Below are positions 22,714 through 34,474 of a stretch of DNA of 34,776 bases, one piece after another; within the stretch, counting starts at the first letter, position 1, and each line of letters opens with the position of its first letter. The stretch spans positions 18,755,062 through 18,789,837 of the forward strand of contig JBOZIK010000001.1 of assembly GCA_051453625.1 (NCBI GenBank), read 5' to 3'. The DNA is from Welwitschia mirabilis. Its lineage: Eukaryota. Made by a program: the position numbers and the translations under genes. The notes below the pieces were generated by a model, which made no database searches, was not told where the DNA came from, and worked only from the letters and a program-made list of their open reading frames with translations.

Positions 22714-23947
22714 TGGAAGGGTTTTAGATTAAAATTATAATAGAAAAGAGTTTTGAAATAGAATTAAGGATTAAGATATAATAGAGTCTCCCCCCTTGGA
22801 ATCAGAAATAATTGTGTTTAAAGGAGAATCTACAAAGAAAGCCCAAGCTAAGTTGAAAGATTACATTAAGTACAAATTAGATTCATAGATATTATAGACT
22901 CTTCCCCTTGGAATCAAAACTAATTGTTTATAAGACAATCTACAAAGAAAGACTAAGCTAAGTTAAAGACAACATTAAGTACAAATTAGATTTATAAATA
23001 AGCAATAAATTGTTCACTGCAAATTCCAAACGTCATGAGAGCATCTATGTTAAATATTTTCTCTTCCAATGAAATATAGGAAACACTAGGATAGCATGAA
23101 AGGTGTCATAAACACTAACATATCAATCATCTAAATCCTAACAACATCTTGAAAAAATAAATTTAAATGATAAGTAACGAAAAAATATCGAAAGCGTACT
23201 TTTGCATAACTAGTAATCATAATTGTATCAATGATGGAAGAGGAGTGAATCTAATTCAAGATTAAAGTGCATTCACCAATGATGTAAAAGCTATAACAAA
23301 TACCAAGTTAGTAGGTTCGGTAAGGTATATGTCTCATGAATCAACCATTCCCTCATATCTAAGGAGGAAAAATAGAAACTTAAAACCTATAGCTAAGACA
23401 AGTCCTCCTTATAGCCAGTAGAATTACGAATCTAGAATGACAAAATTCTAGAGGAATGATGGAAATTAGACATGAACATATGGTTAACCCTTGAGGTAGG
23501 CTTTGCTTATATAGCTTTCCTTAGGGTTGTACATTACATTGGTACATCTTTGTTAATAATGGATGGTCATTGACAAATCTCTTTGGTTTGTAAGGTGTAC
23601 ATATGTAATCCTAGTCTTCTTAAGCTCCAATTCAAGGCTTCAACTACTAAACTGACTTTAGCTCCATGATGTAAGATTCGTCTAATAATTTATCCTCTGT
23701 TTTGCAACCCACTGATTTTAAGACCCATTCCTGTTGGGTTGTGTGGCTTTAATTGAAGTTAGGTAGCTCAAGATAACCTGAAAATAAAATATGAAAAATT
23801 AGTTCTTTTTAAGAACATTTTTTTCAGAAATTAAAGGATAAACCATTATTAGCAATGCTCTAGTAATAACTACAGTAATTATAACCCTTAAATATATTAT
23901 TTACTCAAGTTCAAGAAGCTAAATATGTAAAAATTCAAATGTAAACA
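22714..23947 (-). repeat. 3' LTR of the Athila element (left end uncertain)
   Basis: Ends tgtaaaca directly against the PPT; non-coding; size similar to the other Athila LTRs in the window. Confidence 0.6.
22775..22999. repeat. ~113-bp diverged tandem duplication within the LTR
   Basis: ccccttggaatca...aatctacaaagaaag...aagctaagtt...acattaagtacaaattagatt x2. Confidence 0.9.
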
Positions 23948-23983
23948 CACTCCCCAAACTAGCCATTTGCTAGTTCCTTAGCA
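23948..23983 (-). promoter_or_regulatory. Athila PPT and upstream conserved motif
   Basis: Minus strand reads tgctaaggaactagcaaatggctagtttggggagtg|TG. Confidence 0.8.
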
Positions 23984-25567
23984 AATGTTAACCATGATTA
24001 AGTTATAAAGGTTATTTAACAATTCAAAAAAAAAGGTTCCCAGACCTTCAAAGTGCATATGCACATATTTCACTTATAAAAATGATATAATTGGAAGCTT
24101 AAAGTTTCAAAGTAAAGAAAAATTTTTATCTTTTAAAGTCTAGGTTCTTTTGCAATTTTTTAATTTTTAGGCAAAAGTCAAAGCAAGCTAGACATTGTTC
24201 TCAAAGTTTAAAATAGGTTAGAAAATGTATGATTTTTGACGATAATTAGCTTTGTAATCAGAATTTAAATTCTTAAAGGACAATCTAAATTTTGAAAAAT
24301 AGGTGGGAATTTTAAGTTTTGGAATGAGACGAAATTTTATTTTTAATATTTTTAACATTTTCATTTGCGCCATGGACTTTAGCTGAATTGTGTCATATAT
24401 TTTGTCAACCATTAATTACCCACATAATTTCAAGACTGGTCATAGAACGCGATGACATGTGTATTTAGCTTTATGTATCTAATCTAAATCATGAAATAAG
24501 TCACTTCCGATGCTGTTAATTAGGCAAGATTCCTAAGTAAATTCATTCCTATGACAAGAGGTTTTCTTCTACTAAAATATAAAATAAAGAAAGCAAGTTG
24601 GTAAATTAATTATCTTAATGAACTTAGGCAACTTTATAGTTTAAGAATTTATCTTGAGTAATGCTTCGAGCTAATTATGTTAGAATTTAACCATGACTCC
24701 CAATATACATGTCATGCAATGTATGATCATTCTTTAGCTGCATCGCTCCCTCGATTCATCACTAAGTTGAAAGAATTATGTTTGCATAGTAACATGGTTC
24801 TCTCAGAGTTGCATTCAATTTTTTTAATGCTTTTGACCAAATACATGTATCTTGTACTATTATCCAAGTGGGTTATTGATAACTAGTCATAAGTTCTTCA
24901 ATCATTAAGTCTTTAGAATCAAATATAACAGTCCCAAATCAACATATAAGTAGAATATAAATAAAGGGGTGCAAAGATCTTCTACACATGGCTCAATTAG
25001 TCTTCATATAGATGTTGACATTTTGTCTCCATATACTATTAGGTCATCCCCCATGCTAACATCTTAGTTTTCACAGTGTCTTAATTTTTCAAAACTAGTA
25101 CAGCTAGTGCACTCTTGTGCCAATAACCCTATTTTCATAAATGGCGCCTAGCAAATTAACATGTATCTTCCCCATAATAAATTTATTACAGTACAAAAGT
25201 GTTTGACATCCAGAATTAACACATATATTTTCCCCCTCATTAGATTAATATGGGGGTCTTCTGCAACATAATTTCACATCACTTTCGGATTTTTTTTTTC
25301 TTTTTGAATTTTCTTCATATACATTCGTAATTACATTAAAGTTTGATATACATCATCTGGTATGCATAACATAGAGAAAAGTTTAAATACTTGCTTAAAT
25401 CCTTAGTCAAAAAACTAATAAGAGGTACCTAAAAGACATAACATCTTACAAATTAAACTACCTAAATCAGATACTTATCATAATTCTAAGTTTTAGTCAA
25501 AATAAACCCTAAAACCTTACAATGGCAAATTTCATTTCTTAAAGTACATTAGTTTTGACTTTATTTA

Positions 25568-25580
25568 ACACACACACACA

Positions 25581-25627
<47 letters not shown>
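25568..25627. repeat. Compound (AC)n(CT)n microsatellite
   Basis: Seen directly. Confidence 0.95.
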
Positions 25628-25630
<3 letters not shown>

Positions 25631-25699
25631 GCCTACAATTCCAAGGGACTGGGATCAAAGTCGTGGCCCATGGGAATAAAATCATGGCCATTAAATTTG

Positions 25700-27075
25700 A
25701 AAGAACAGTTATCCTTAAGGTTGGAATCTTAACATCACCATGGGAAAATACTTTTAAGCCCTGGAAAGGACTAATCCACTTAGTTACAAGTTTTCTAGGA
25801 AATTTGTGTACTCTTGAATTATGTAGTAAAATGAAGTCGTTTAGTTCAAAAGCTTTCCTAAGAATATGTTATATGTTTCTTATAATAGCCTTTCATTGTT
25901 TGTTTTGGATTTTTAAGTTTTTGTGATCTTACTTCCTAATTTCTTCCAGTTCATTTTAGTCAAGATCCCTAAATTCTAAAGTGTCATTAAGATTTTGGTT
26001 AAGCTATTTAATGGCCCAAAAATCTTTGTATTAAATTTTTGAAAAACAATGGCAAGCTTTTCCAAAAACAGTTAATAGGGTAACAATCTAATGGACGTTT
26101 TATAGATAGTCCAACAAGCTTAAAGAGCATCATTCAGATAGAGGGACCAATCTTTCTATTGGAATTCAGTGTTTTCTATAGAATTTTTTTTTAACTCTTA
26201 GTTTCTAACTTCTAATTGACCATTGGTTTGTGGGGAATAAAGAGAGACAACCTTGTAAAGTACTACAAATTTTCTTATAAGTTTTGCAAAAATGGGTTCT
26301 TCTACCACTAATGATAGCTTCAGAATATGTCCAAAGTAGGATAGAGCATGCTCTCTTAAAAATCTCATAACTACTCAATCATCATCAGTTCCAATTGAGA
26401 TAGGTTCACACCATTTATGATATAGTCTACACAAACCAATGTATAAGTATTTGAAAGATGGAAAAAATGGCCCAATGAAATCTCTACCCCATAGATCAAA
26501 TGATTCAATTTCATAAATAGTAAACAAATGCATCATATCTCTCTTTCCAATTCTACCTAAACATTGACATTCATTATAGGCTTTACAATATTTAAAGCCA
26601 TGTTTGAAAAGAGTTGGCCAATACAGTCTAGATTGAAGGATTTGAAAAGTTTTTTTAATGCAGAAGTGTCCTCTACACACTCCATCAAGTGCAAATTTTA
26701 AGACATTTAAGGTTTCAAATTGCTAAATACATTTATGAATGATTGATCAAAGCAGTATTTGAACAGATATGGATCATCTCAAAAGTATTCAATTACTTCA
26801 TGCAAGAATCGCTTTTTATCTTAAGCACTCCAATCATTAGACATGTTATGAGCAACGAAATATTTAGCTACATCAGTGTATCAATGTTCCTCTTGCAAAG
26901 GTAGAACATGCTTGTCTAGAAATAAATCACATATAGGTGTTGAATCTCAAAGAGAATGAGTAAGGCCTAATCTAGAATAAATGATCAACAACAACATTTT
27001 CTAATCCCTTGTTCTCTTTGATTTCAAGATTAAATTCTTGTAAGAAAAAGATCCACCTCATTAATCGAGCTTTAG
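25700..27075 (-). pseudogene. Athila pol remnant: RNase H C-terminus and integrase
   Basis: KARLMRWI..LQEFNLEIKENKGLENVVVDHL; GHF...ILQSRLYWPTLFK...CQCLG...FDLWGRDFIGPF; YSPQTNGQLEV; W..FPGKLVT.W..PF. Confidence 0.9.
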
Positions 27076-27137
27076 GTTTGAGGCCATAGTAGTTTGAAGA
27101 GGAGACTAGGGTAGAAGAGGATGCAAGAGGCAGGTTT

Positions 27138-27597
27138 TGTTACGGAAATACATAACAACAAAGCGATTAAGGAAAGTAGCAAGAGAACACAGAGACACAA
27201 CGATTTATGTGGAAAACCCCAATGAGAGGAAAAACCATGGGAAAGCAATTCAGAGCTCTATCATCTTCTTCAAAGATTACAAGCCAAGTACAGAGTTCAA
27301 GCCAACAACAGGCTTCAAGCAAGAATGCCTCATAGAACTTTACCAAATCTGTCTCCCTATCATACAAACAACCCTCACACCACCATTAAATAGGCCAAAG
27401 GTTACGGCTAATTAGGGTTATAAGCCAAAACCCTAAAGAGGGTATCATCCCTCTCTTGACACATGTCCCGTCTCTACCTAACGCCCCCCAAGGATGGTTT
27501 TAAAATAAAAACCTTTTAACAATATTAAAGTGGGGTCAACGTAAAACATAACATTAGAAACATTACAAAATAATAAATTTAGCTTCACATATCAACA
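27138..27597 (-). mobile_element. Copia solo LTR (same family as 28327-32445)
   Basis: tgttacggaaatac...catatcaaca aligns with 28327-28755; no PBS/PPT adjacent; flanks ggttt/gtttt (4/5 TSD match). Confidence 0.88.
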
Positions 27598-28326
27598 GTT
27601 TTGGACCAATCATTTTTTGTTTGTTGATTCCCATCTTTTTCAAGATCTTGAGTGTCACTACAAATAAGTAGAGGAAGCCCACATCGTCAAGAGAAGGGAT
27701 GAACCGCCTAATCAGTTTTCTAATTAACCACAAGTATGTTAGGTAGGTTGGCCTCCCATCTTTTATGAACTCTAACTATTTTGGTCCAAATGAAAGCAAA
27801 CAAACTATAACAATGCAATGTTCTAAAGTAATCAAAATCCTTAAAGTTGGGACCATCAAATGACTAGCATAAGAGGATGGAATGATGTTAACATGCATGG
27901 CCTTTGTCATTATCTACTACCCCTCTATCAAAGTATGAGGTTTGAACCCTTTTGGGTTTAATACTGCTACATAATTTGGATGGAGTCTCCTCATGGCGTC
28001 CTTTCTCTCCACAAAGGTATGCAGAAAGAAAAGACAAGCTTTTACGTATCATCCCTATCTCACATGCTATAATGTAAACTCGAATTTTAATGTGGATGCC
28101 AAATAGTGAATATCAAGAAGTCTTTATCACTCTCCCTTGATTTTCCAATGTTCAATCTGATTTTTCTATCAAAAAATTTGCCCTTCATAACTACAATCTA
28201 TTTCGAACACGCTGCATTAATCTTGTTCATCCTAGGGCTATCAATTTGTGTCGAAACTTGTTGAAAAGATTTTTTTTACCAAAAACTGTGCACTTCTAAT
28301 GGCATATTTTTCTATTTCCTCTTCCT

Positions 28327-28755
28327 TATTATGAAAATACACAATAGCAAAGCAATTAAACAATGCAGCAAGAGAAAACAAAGACACAACAATTTATGTG
28401 GAAAACCTCAATGAGGAGAAAAACCACAAGAAAGCAATGCAAACCTCTATTATCAATCTCAGAAATTACAAGCCAACAACAAGCTTCAAGCAAGATGCCT
28501 CACTCTATGAGCTCTCTCATCAGTCAACCCTCACACCATCTTTAAATAGGCCAAGGGTTACAACCAATTAGGGCTACAAGCCAAAACCCTAAAGAAGGTA
28601 TAATCCTTCTCTTGCTACACGTCCCCTCTCTACCTAACACTCCCAAGGACGGTTTTAAAATAGAAACCTTCTTTTATAATATTAAAGTGAGGCTAACGTA
28701 AAAGCATGATGTTAGTGATGTTACAAAAAAATAAATTTGGCTTCACGTATCAACA
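28327..28755 (-). repeat. 3' LTR
   Basis: tattatgaaaatac (decayed tgttacggaaatac)...cgtatcaaca, followed by PPT ttctcccattt. Confidence 0.9.
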
Positions 28756-29249
28756 TTCTCCCATTTGAAAGCAAATTTAGCACATCTCAAGTGCAGCTCT
28801 AGACATGCGTTGCCTTCCAAGCTTGCTCAGATCACGTGTCCAAGTGTGTGTCACGATAGCACTGCTGATGTTTATCTCTAGTAACAACCATGGTTAAGAA
28901 ATCTGCAAGATTTGCCTAGGTGTGGATTTTGTGAACATCCAGTATTCCTATGTTCTGCTGATGCACATATGCTTCACAGCCAAACACCTTCAAGTGAGAA
29001 AAAAATGGCTTCCTTCCACTCCAAGTAGACTCTAGTATTCTTCCTTGAAGTGTTGAATGTGGTGACCTATTTATAAGATATGCGGCTATATTGGCTAGTT
29101 CAACCCAAAGACGTTTTGGAACTCCAGATTATTGCAATAATGAACGCAACCTCTGTAAAACAATCCTATTATATCTTTCAACCACTCCATTATTTTGAGG
29201 TGTATATGGAGGTGTCTTTGTGGGGACAATTCCATTATCTCTGTAAAAC

Positions 29250-30144
29250 NNNNNNNNNNNNNNNNNNNNNNNNNNNNNNNNNNNNNNNNNNNNNNNNNNN
29301 NNNNNNNNNNNNNNNNNNNNNNNNNNNNNNNNNNNNNNNNNNNNNNNNNNNNNNNNNNNNNNNNNNNNNNNNNNNNNNNNNNNNNNNNNNNNNNNNNNNN
29401 NNNNNNNNNNNNNNNNNNNNNNNNNNNNNNNNNNNNNNNNNNNNNNNNNNNNNNNNNNNNNNNNNNNNNNNNNNNNNNNNNNNNNNNNNNNNNNNNNNNN
29501 NNNNNNNNNNNNNNNNNNNNNNNNNNNNNNNNNNNNNNNNNNNNNNNNNNNNNNNNNNNNNNNNNNNNNNNNNNNNNNNNNNNNNNNNNNNNNNNNNNNN
29601 NNNNNNNNNNNNNNNNNNNNNNNNNNNNNNNNNNNNNNNNNNNNNNNNNNNNNNNNNNNNNNNNNNNNNNNNNNNNNNNNNNNNNNNNNNNNNNNNNNNN
29701 NNNNNNNNNNNNNNNNNNNNNNNNNNNNNNNNNNNNNNNNNNNNNNNNNNNNNNNNNNNNNNNNNNNNNNNNNNNNNNNNNNNNNNNNNNNNNNNNNNNN
29801 NNNNNNNNNNNNNNNNNNNNNNNNNNNNNNNNNNNNNNNNNNNNNNNNNNNNNNNNNNNNNNNNNNNNNNNNNNNNNNNNNNNNNNNNNNNNNNNNNNNN
29901 NNNNNNNNNNNNNNNNNNNNNNNNNNNNNNNNNNNNNNNNNNNNNNNNNNNNNNNNNNNNNNNNNNNNNNNNNNNNNNNNNNNNNNNNNNNNNNNNNNNN
30001 NNNNNNNNNNNNNNNNNNNNNNNNNNNNNNNNNNNNNNNNNNNNNNNNNNNNNNNNNNNNNNNNNNNNNNNNNNNNNNNNNNNNNNNNNNNNNNNNNNNN
30101 NNNNNNNNNNNNNNNNNNNNNNNNNNNNNNNNNNNNNNNNNNNN
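29250..30144. other. Assembly gap (895 N) inside the integrase
   Basis: Run of N. Confidence 0.99.
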
Positions 30145-31175
30145 GGTGTATTCACCTCCATTATCTGTCACTCAGCATTTAATTTTACAGCTTGATTCAT
30201 TTTTCACTCTAGCTTTAAATTGTTTAAAAATATCAAAGACTTTATCTTTCGAGGGAATTAGAAACAACCAATTTTTTCAATTAAAAACATCAATAAACAT
30301 AACAAAATAAGACGCTCCACCAAAGGACGTCACAAGCATAGGTCCAACATTGGAATAAACCAAATCTAATTGCCCAGTGCTTTTATTTCCAGAAACAAAT
30401 TTGTTAAAGTCTACATGTTTTGCTTTTGCAGCAACATAATTCTTATAGAAATCTAAAGAAACAAAGTCAAACTTTGGAAGCAAGCTTTTAGAACTAAGAA
30501 CCTTCATGTTTGTTTCACTAAGATGTCTAAGTCTCTTATGCCAAAGAGACACGTCCTCATCACCAGCAACCACAACATTGTGCTTCACCACATTGGCATG
30601 CAAAGCATACAAGGTCCCTTCTTTTTGCCCTCGTGTCAGAACCATAGTGCCTTTTCTTACCTTCCAGCCACCTGCACCAAAGAAAACTGATCAGCCAGCA
30701 GCATCTTATTGACCTACTAAAATTGAACTTTTCACAAGCTGAGCACATGTCCAACATCCTGAAGAAATAGTTTTCTGCAATCACTTCCTTGTAGCATTGC
30801 AGACCCAATTCCTTTGATCTCACAGCATCAATCATCCCCCAAATAAACATACTTTTTTGAAACTTTGTTATATAAAGAAAACATGTAAACATCTGGACAG
30901 ACATGAAAAGAAGCACCAGAATTCAGAATCCAAATATCAGGGCAAAAGTATTGGGAAACTTTACCTCTTGTGCATTTGCAATCAGCACAACATCAACATC
31001 TCTATCTGCATTCAACCCTTGTCTGCTTTCCTGGTTTTGCTAGTTACCTCCTTCCTTCTGATTGCGCTTGATTTTTAGGTTGTAACAGTCCTTTCGTAAA
31101 TAGCCTTTCTTCCTGTAGTGCCAACATTCAATGCTTCTGTTGACAGATCTTCCTCTGCTCTTGTTCTACCAACGT

Positions 31176-31321
31176 TCTCCTCCTCTAGTCTGAGAACATC
31201 CTCTACGAACTGCAAGGGCTTCTCCAACAGACTCAATAACCCTAGTATTTCCTCCTCCTATGGTCTGAGAGCTTCCTCTACGAACAGTAAGGGCTTCTCG
31301 AACAGACTCAATAACCCTAGT
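31176..31321. repeat. 75-bp in-frame tandem duplication in gag
   Basis: gtctgaga..(a/t)tcctctacgaac.g.aagggcttctc.aacagactcaataaccctagt x2; ctctacgaac at 31201 and 31276. Confidence 0.92.
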
Positions 31322-32074
31322 CTTATATGCATCCACAAGCTTGGAATGACAGTATTTAGGTGTGACATAGTATCTGAGGCAGTCATCAAGGTAGTGCGAA
31401 CAATCTCCCACGAATCACGCAAGGAACTGAGAACAACAATTACTTTTTGATTCTTTTCAAACATTGCCCTCAGGTCGTTGAACTGTGTGAATAACCTGTT
31501 CGTCTTATCTAGGTGTAGTTTCAACAATGCACCCTCTTTCATTTTCATTTTGAAGACCTTGTTGACAGCATAAAACAAGTTCATGCTAGTAGACTAATCA
31601 TACCTCCAAATCAGAATCTCTCACAGTTCAGCTGTCAAAGAAATCTTGCTATGGGATTGAAGAATCTCATTGTCAAGGCACAGCTGAATCAACAAAGGTG
31701 CCCTTCTGTCAAGTTTCTTCCATTCTTCATTAGGGTACTTCTTCAGTCGTTCTACATCAGAGAGTCTAAATGCTACTTTCGCATCCGCTTCTGTCTTTAG
31801 GACAATGTCACATTCCTTCTGACAAAGGATGTCTTCCATCAGAATCTTCCATACACCTCAGTTCTTAGCTTTGAGTAGTCAGTCACTAGTCTACAAATGC
31901 TCTTATCATCGTTTAACTATACAGCTGTAAGGACGAATGTCAAACACATTGTATGAACACCCCAAAAAAATTGTGCCACGCACGAAGTGCTCCACTCCGC
32001 TCTATAACCACTCCGCTCGTAGGGTTTATAGACACAAAGCTTATTACCAAAGCATGTGAGCCCCAAAACCTAGT

Positions 32075-32086
32075 CCTTGGATACTA
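32075..32086 (-). promoter_or_regulatory. Decayed tRNA-Met(i) PBS
   Basis: ccttggatacta versus gctctgatacca, 2 nt from the LTR. Confidence 0.6.
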
Positions 32087-32088
32087 AG

Positions 32089-32445
32089 TGTACGAAAATA
32101 TACAATAGCAAAGCAATTGAACAATGTAGCAAGAGAAAACAGAGACACAACAATTTACATGGAAACCCCCAATGAGGGGAAATAACCACAAGAAAACAAT
32201 GCAAAGCTCTAATATCAATCTCAGAAATTAAAAGCCAAGAACAAGCTTCAAGCTAAGAACAGGCTTCAGACAAGGATGCCTCACAGAACTCTATAAACTC
32301 TCTCATCAATCAGCCCTCACACCACCTTTAAATAGGTCAAGGGTTACAGCCAATTTGAGCTACAAGCCAAAACCCTAAAGAAGGTATCATCCCTCTCTTG
32401 ACACATGTCCCTTGTCTACCTAACACCCCCAAGGATAGTGTTAAA
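32089..32445 (-). repeat. 5' LTR, missing its outer ~100 bp
   Basis: Aligns with the 27138 and 28327 copies up to aaggatagtgttaaa, then similarity stops. Confidence 0.85.
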
Positions 32446-32721
32446 TGCTTGTGAAAGTGTTAAAGCATACCATGAGGAGGTGTAATAATGTTGCTAAAAT
32501 CTCTTAACAGTAAGAGAGAGTGATTAACTATGGTTATAATGTTAAGAATNNNNNNNNNNNNNNNNNNNNNNNNNNNNNNNNNNNNNNNNNNNNNNNNNNN
32601 NNNNNNNNNNNNNNNNNNNNNNNNNNNNNNNNNNNNNNNNNNNNNNNNNTCCCTCTCTCTCCTTCCTCCCTTTCCTCCTTTTCCTCTCCTTTTCTCCCTT
32701 CCCTCACTTAACACAACCTAC

Positions 32722-32775
32722 ATTCCTTGCCCTGGGCATGGAATCAAAGGTTGTTCCATGCCCTAGGCATGGAAT
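32722..32775. repeat. Two tandem 23-bp imperfect palindromes (period 31)
   Basis: attccttgccctgggcatggaat and gttccatgccctaggcatggaat. Confidence 0.85.
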
Positions 32776-34276
32776 CTATCCCTTCAACATCCTCTGCGTG
32801 GATCTAGAGACATCATCCCTCCAACACATACTATCTTCTTCCCCCTTTAGTGAATTTAATGTCCTCTAGCTTCCATCGTAGCTATCCTCTACTCAGATCC
32901 CTCCTTCAGCTGCCTCCTCTATAGAAACTCAGTTCTCTAGCTGATGTCAAATTGTTCCACTCCTCTTACCCAACTTCTTCCACCAGCACGATCATCATAT
33001 TCACATCATCTTCAAATTTAGAAGAGTTCCAAGGTTGCATCAAATCCTTGGAATGCACCATAATCTACCGAGCCTACCCATGATATTACGACACAAGGTG
33101 AGTACCAACCTGAGACAAATAAGGCAACCATTATTCTAGTGGAGTGATCCTCTCTGGCACCCCCAAGGACTACCCAGAAATCCCATTACTACTTCTTTAG
33201 TCTTCCAAGTGCTGCTACATCATTGAGTCCAAGCTAACTTAAGGACAACCAGGAGATACAATCTAGACCCACCATCACATTGCCTTCCTTTCCTCCACAT
33301 TAATCCCTCTTCTCTGCCTTTTATTAAAGAGGTAGTCTTTCCCTTTCTCTCCCGCTTCTTGGTCTTTGCATTTGGGAGACCCTCTCTTTATTCTCTCTCT
33401 AATTCCCTAGACATCCTCCAGTATTGTAAAGCTTATCTGTTAAGTTGGAATCCCCCTTTCACATGTCAGATAGTAATCTTAGTCTCATAAGAAGATCTCT
33501 CTTCTAGACTCCAAGCAAGTTGGCGACCTTACCTCCATCACTAGGACAACTCGTACAGAAAATAAAAGAAGCCTCTCCTATTGAACGAGTTTATTTGCAC
33601 ATCTCTTCGTGAATACTGATGTCTTCTCTTCCTATCTCCATTTAAATGTTTCAGTTGTTTGTCTTTGCATCTGCTAGTCTCCCTCTCTTCTCGGCTAGGA
33701 AAGGCACATATATACCATCTCCTCCTCTTGAATAGGGTAGCAATGTTTTATAGATAGAAATTAATCAAAAAACTTCTCTTTCTTTCTCATTGCTCTCTTA
33801 TTTACTAGCTGGAGGCACAAAAGAGAGTATAAGAAGAATCTCTCTCTCTCTCTNNNNNNNNNNNNNNNNNNNNNNNNNNNNNNNNNNNNNNNNNNNNNNN
33901 NNNNNNNNNNNNNNNNNNNNNNNNNNNNNNNNNNNNNNTCACTTTTCTTTTGTTTCCCCTTGCACAAAGAGGCATTACCACTAGGCCTAGCCCACACTCT
34001 AACCCTACTTCCCAGTTGCTTTATACCATGAGGAAGATCATTGCAAGTACCTAATTTTCAGCTACCCTTTCAAAGAAGTTCAACTGACCTCATCCTAGAA
34101 AGTAGATGGTGTTGTCCTTCTGATGCCTAGGGAAAGGAATTTACTTCTTCACATAGCATATTTCTTACACCTAGATTCCATCTTAACATAACTAAATTAA
34201 ACATTTACCCATTTCCATCATGGCAATTACACATGGCGAATTTTATTTTTCATACAAGCACAGTATAAACTTAGCA

Positions 34277-34474
34277 AATAGACCACTAACTAATGCAAAC
34301 ACATTCTTTATTTTTATTTCACAAGNNNNNNNNNNNNNNNNNNNNNNNNNNNNNNNNNNNNNNNNNNNNNNNNNNNNNNNNNNNNNNNNNNNNNNNNNNN
34401 NNNNNNNNNNNNNNNNNNNNNNNNNAATAGACCACTAACTAATGCAAACACATTCTTTATTTTTATTTCACAAG
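34277..34474. other. 100-N gap flanked by an identical 49-bp sequence (unmerged contig overlap)
   Basis: aatagaccactaactaatgcaaacacattctttatttttatttcacaag at 34277-34325 and 34426-34474. Confidence 0.85.

Larger units (their letters stand above)
22714..27075 (-). mobile_element. 3' half of an Athila-type gypsy element (RNase H end, integrase, long 3' UTR, PPT, 3' LTR)
   Basis: Integrase motifs at 25900-26900; PPT at 23948-23960; LTR-like sequence to the left (left end approximate). Confidence 0.8.
28831..31870 (-). pseudogene. Copia gag-protease-integrase fused to the RNase H C-terminal tail
   Basis: WKILMEDILCQK...LIQLCLDNEIL (gag); CWHYRKKGYLRKDC; WILNSGASFH; LWHKRLRH; SYFVMFID; TDNGGEYT; PYTPQNNGVVER; HLKVFGCEAYVH directly followed by ...KIHT*ANLADFLT. 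Confidence 0.88.
28327..32445 (-). mobile_element. Ty1/copia element (Tork/Tnt1-like), RT deleted, 5' LTR truncated
   Basis: 3' LTR 28327-28755; PPT 28756-28766; gag-pro-int interior; PBS 32075-32086; 5' LTR from 32089. Confidence 0.88.

Noticed and set aside
25555-25926. 123-aa plus-strand ORF
   Set aside because: Starts in a microsatellite and is antisense to the integrase C-terminal remnant.
29080-30310. 300-371 aa ORFs in the track
   Set aside because: Artefacts of translating through the N gap; the same applies to the ORFs at 32460-32766, 33761-33997 and 34220-34438.
34277-34474. Biological 49-bp direct repeat
   Set aside because: Identical copies abut a placeholder 100-N gap, typical of an unmerged contig overlap.
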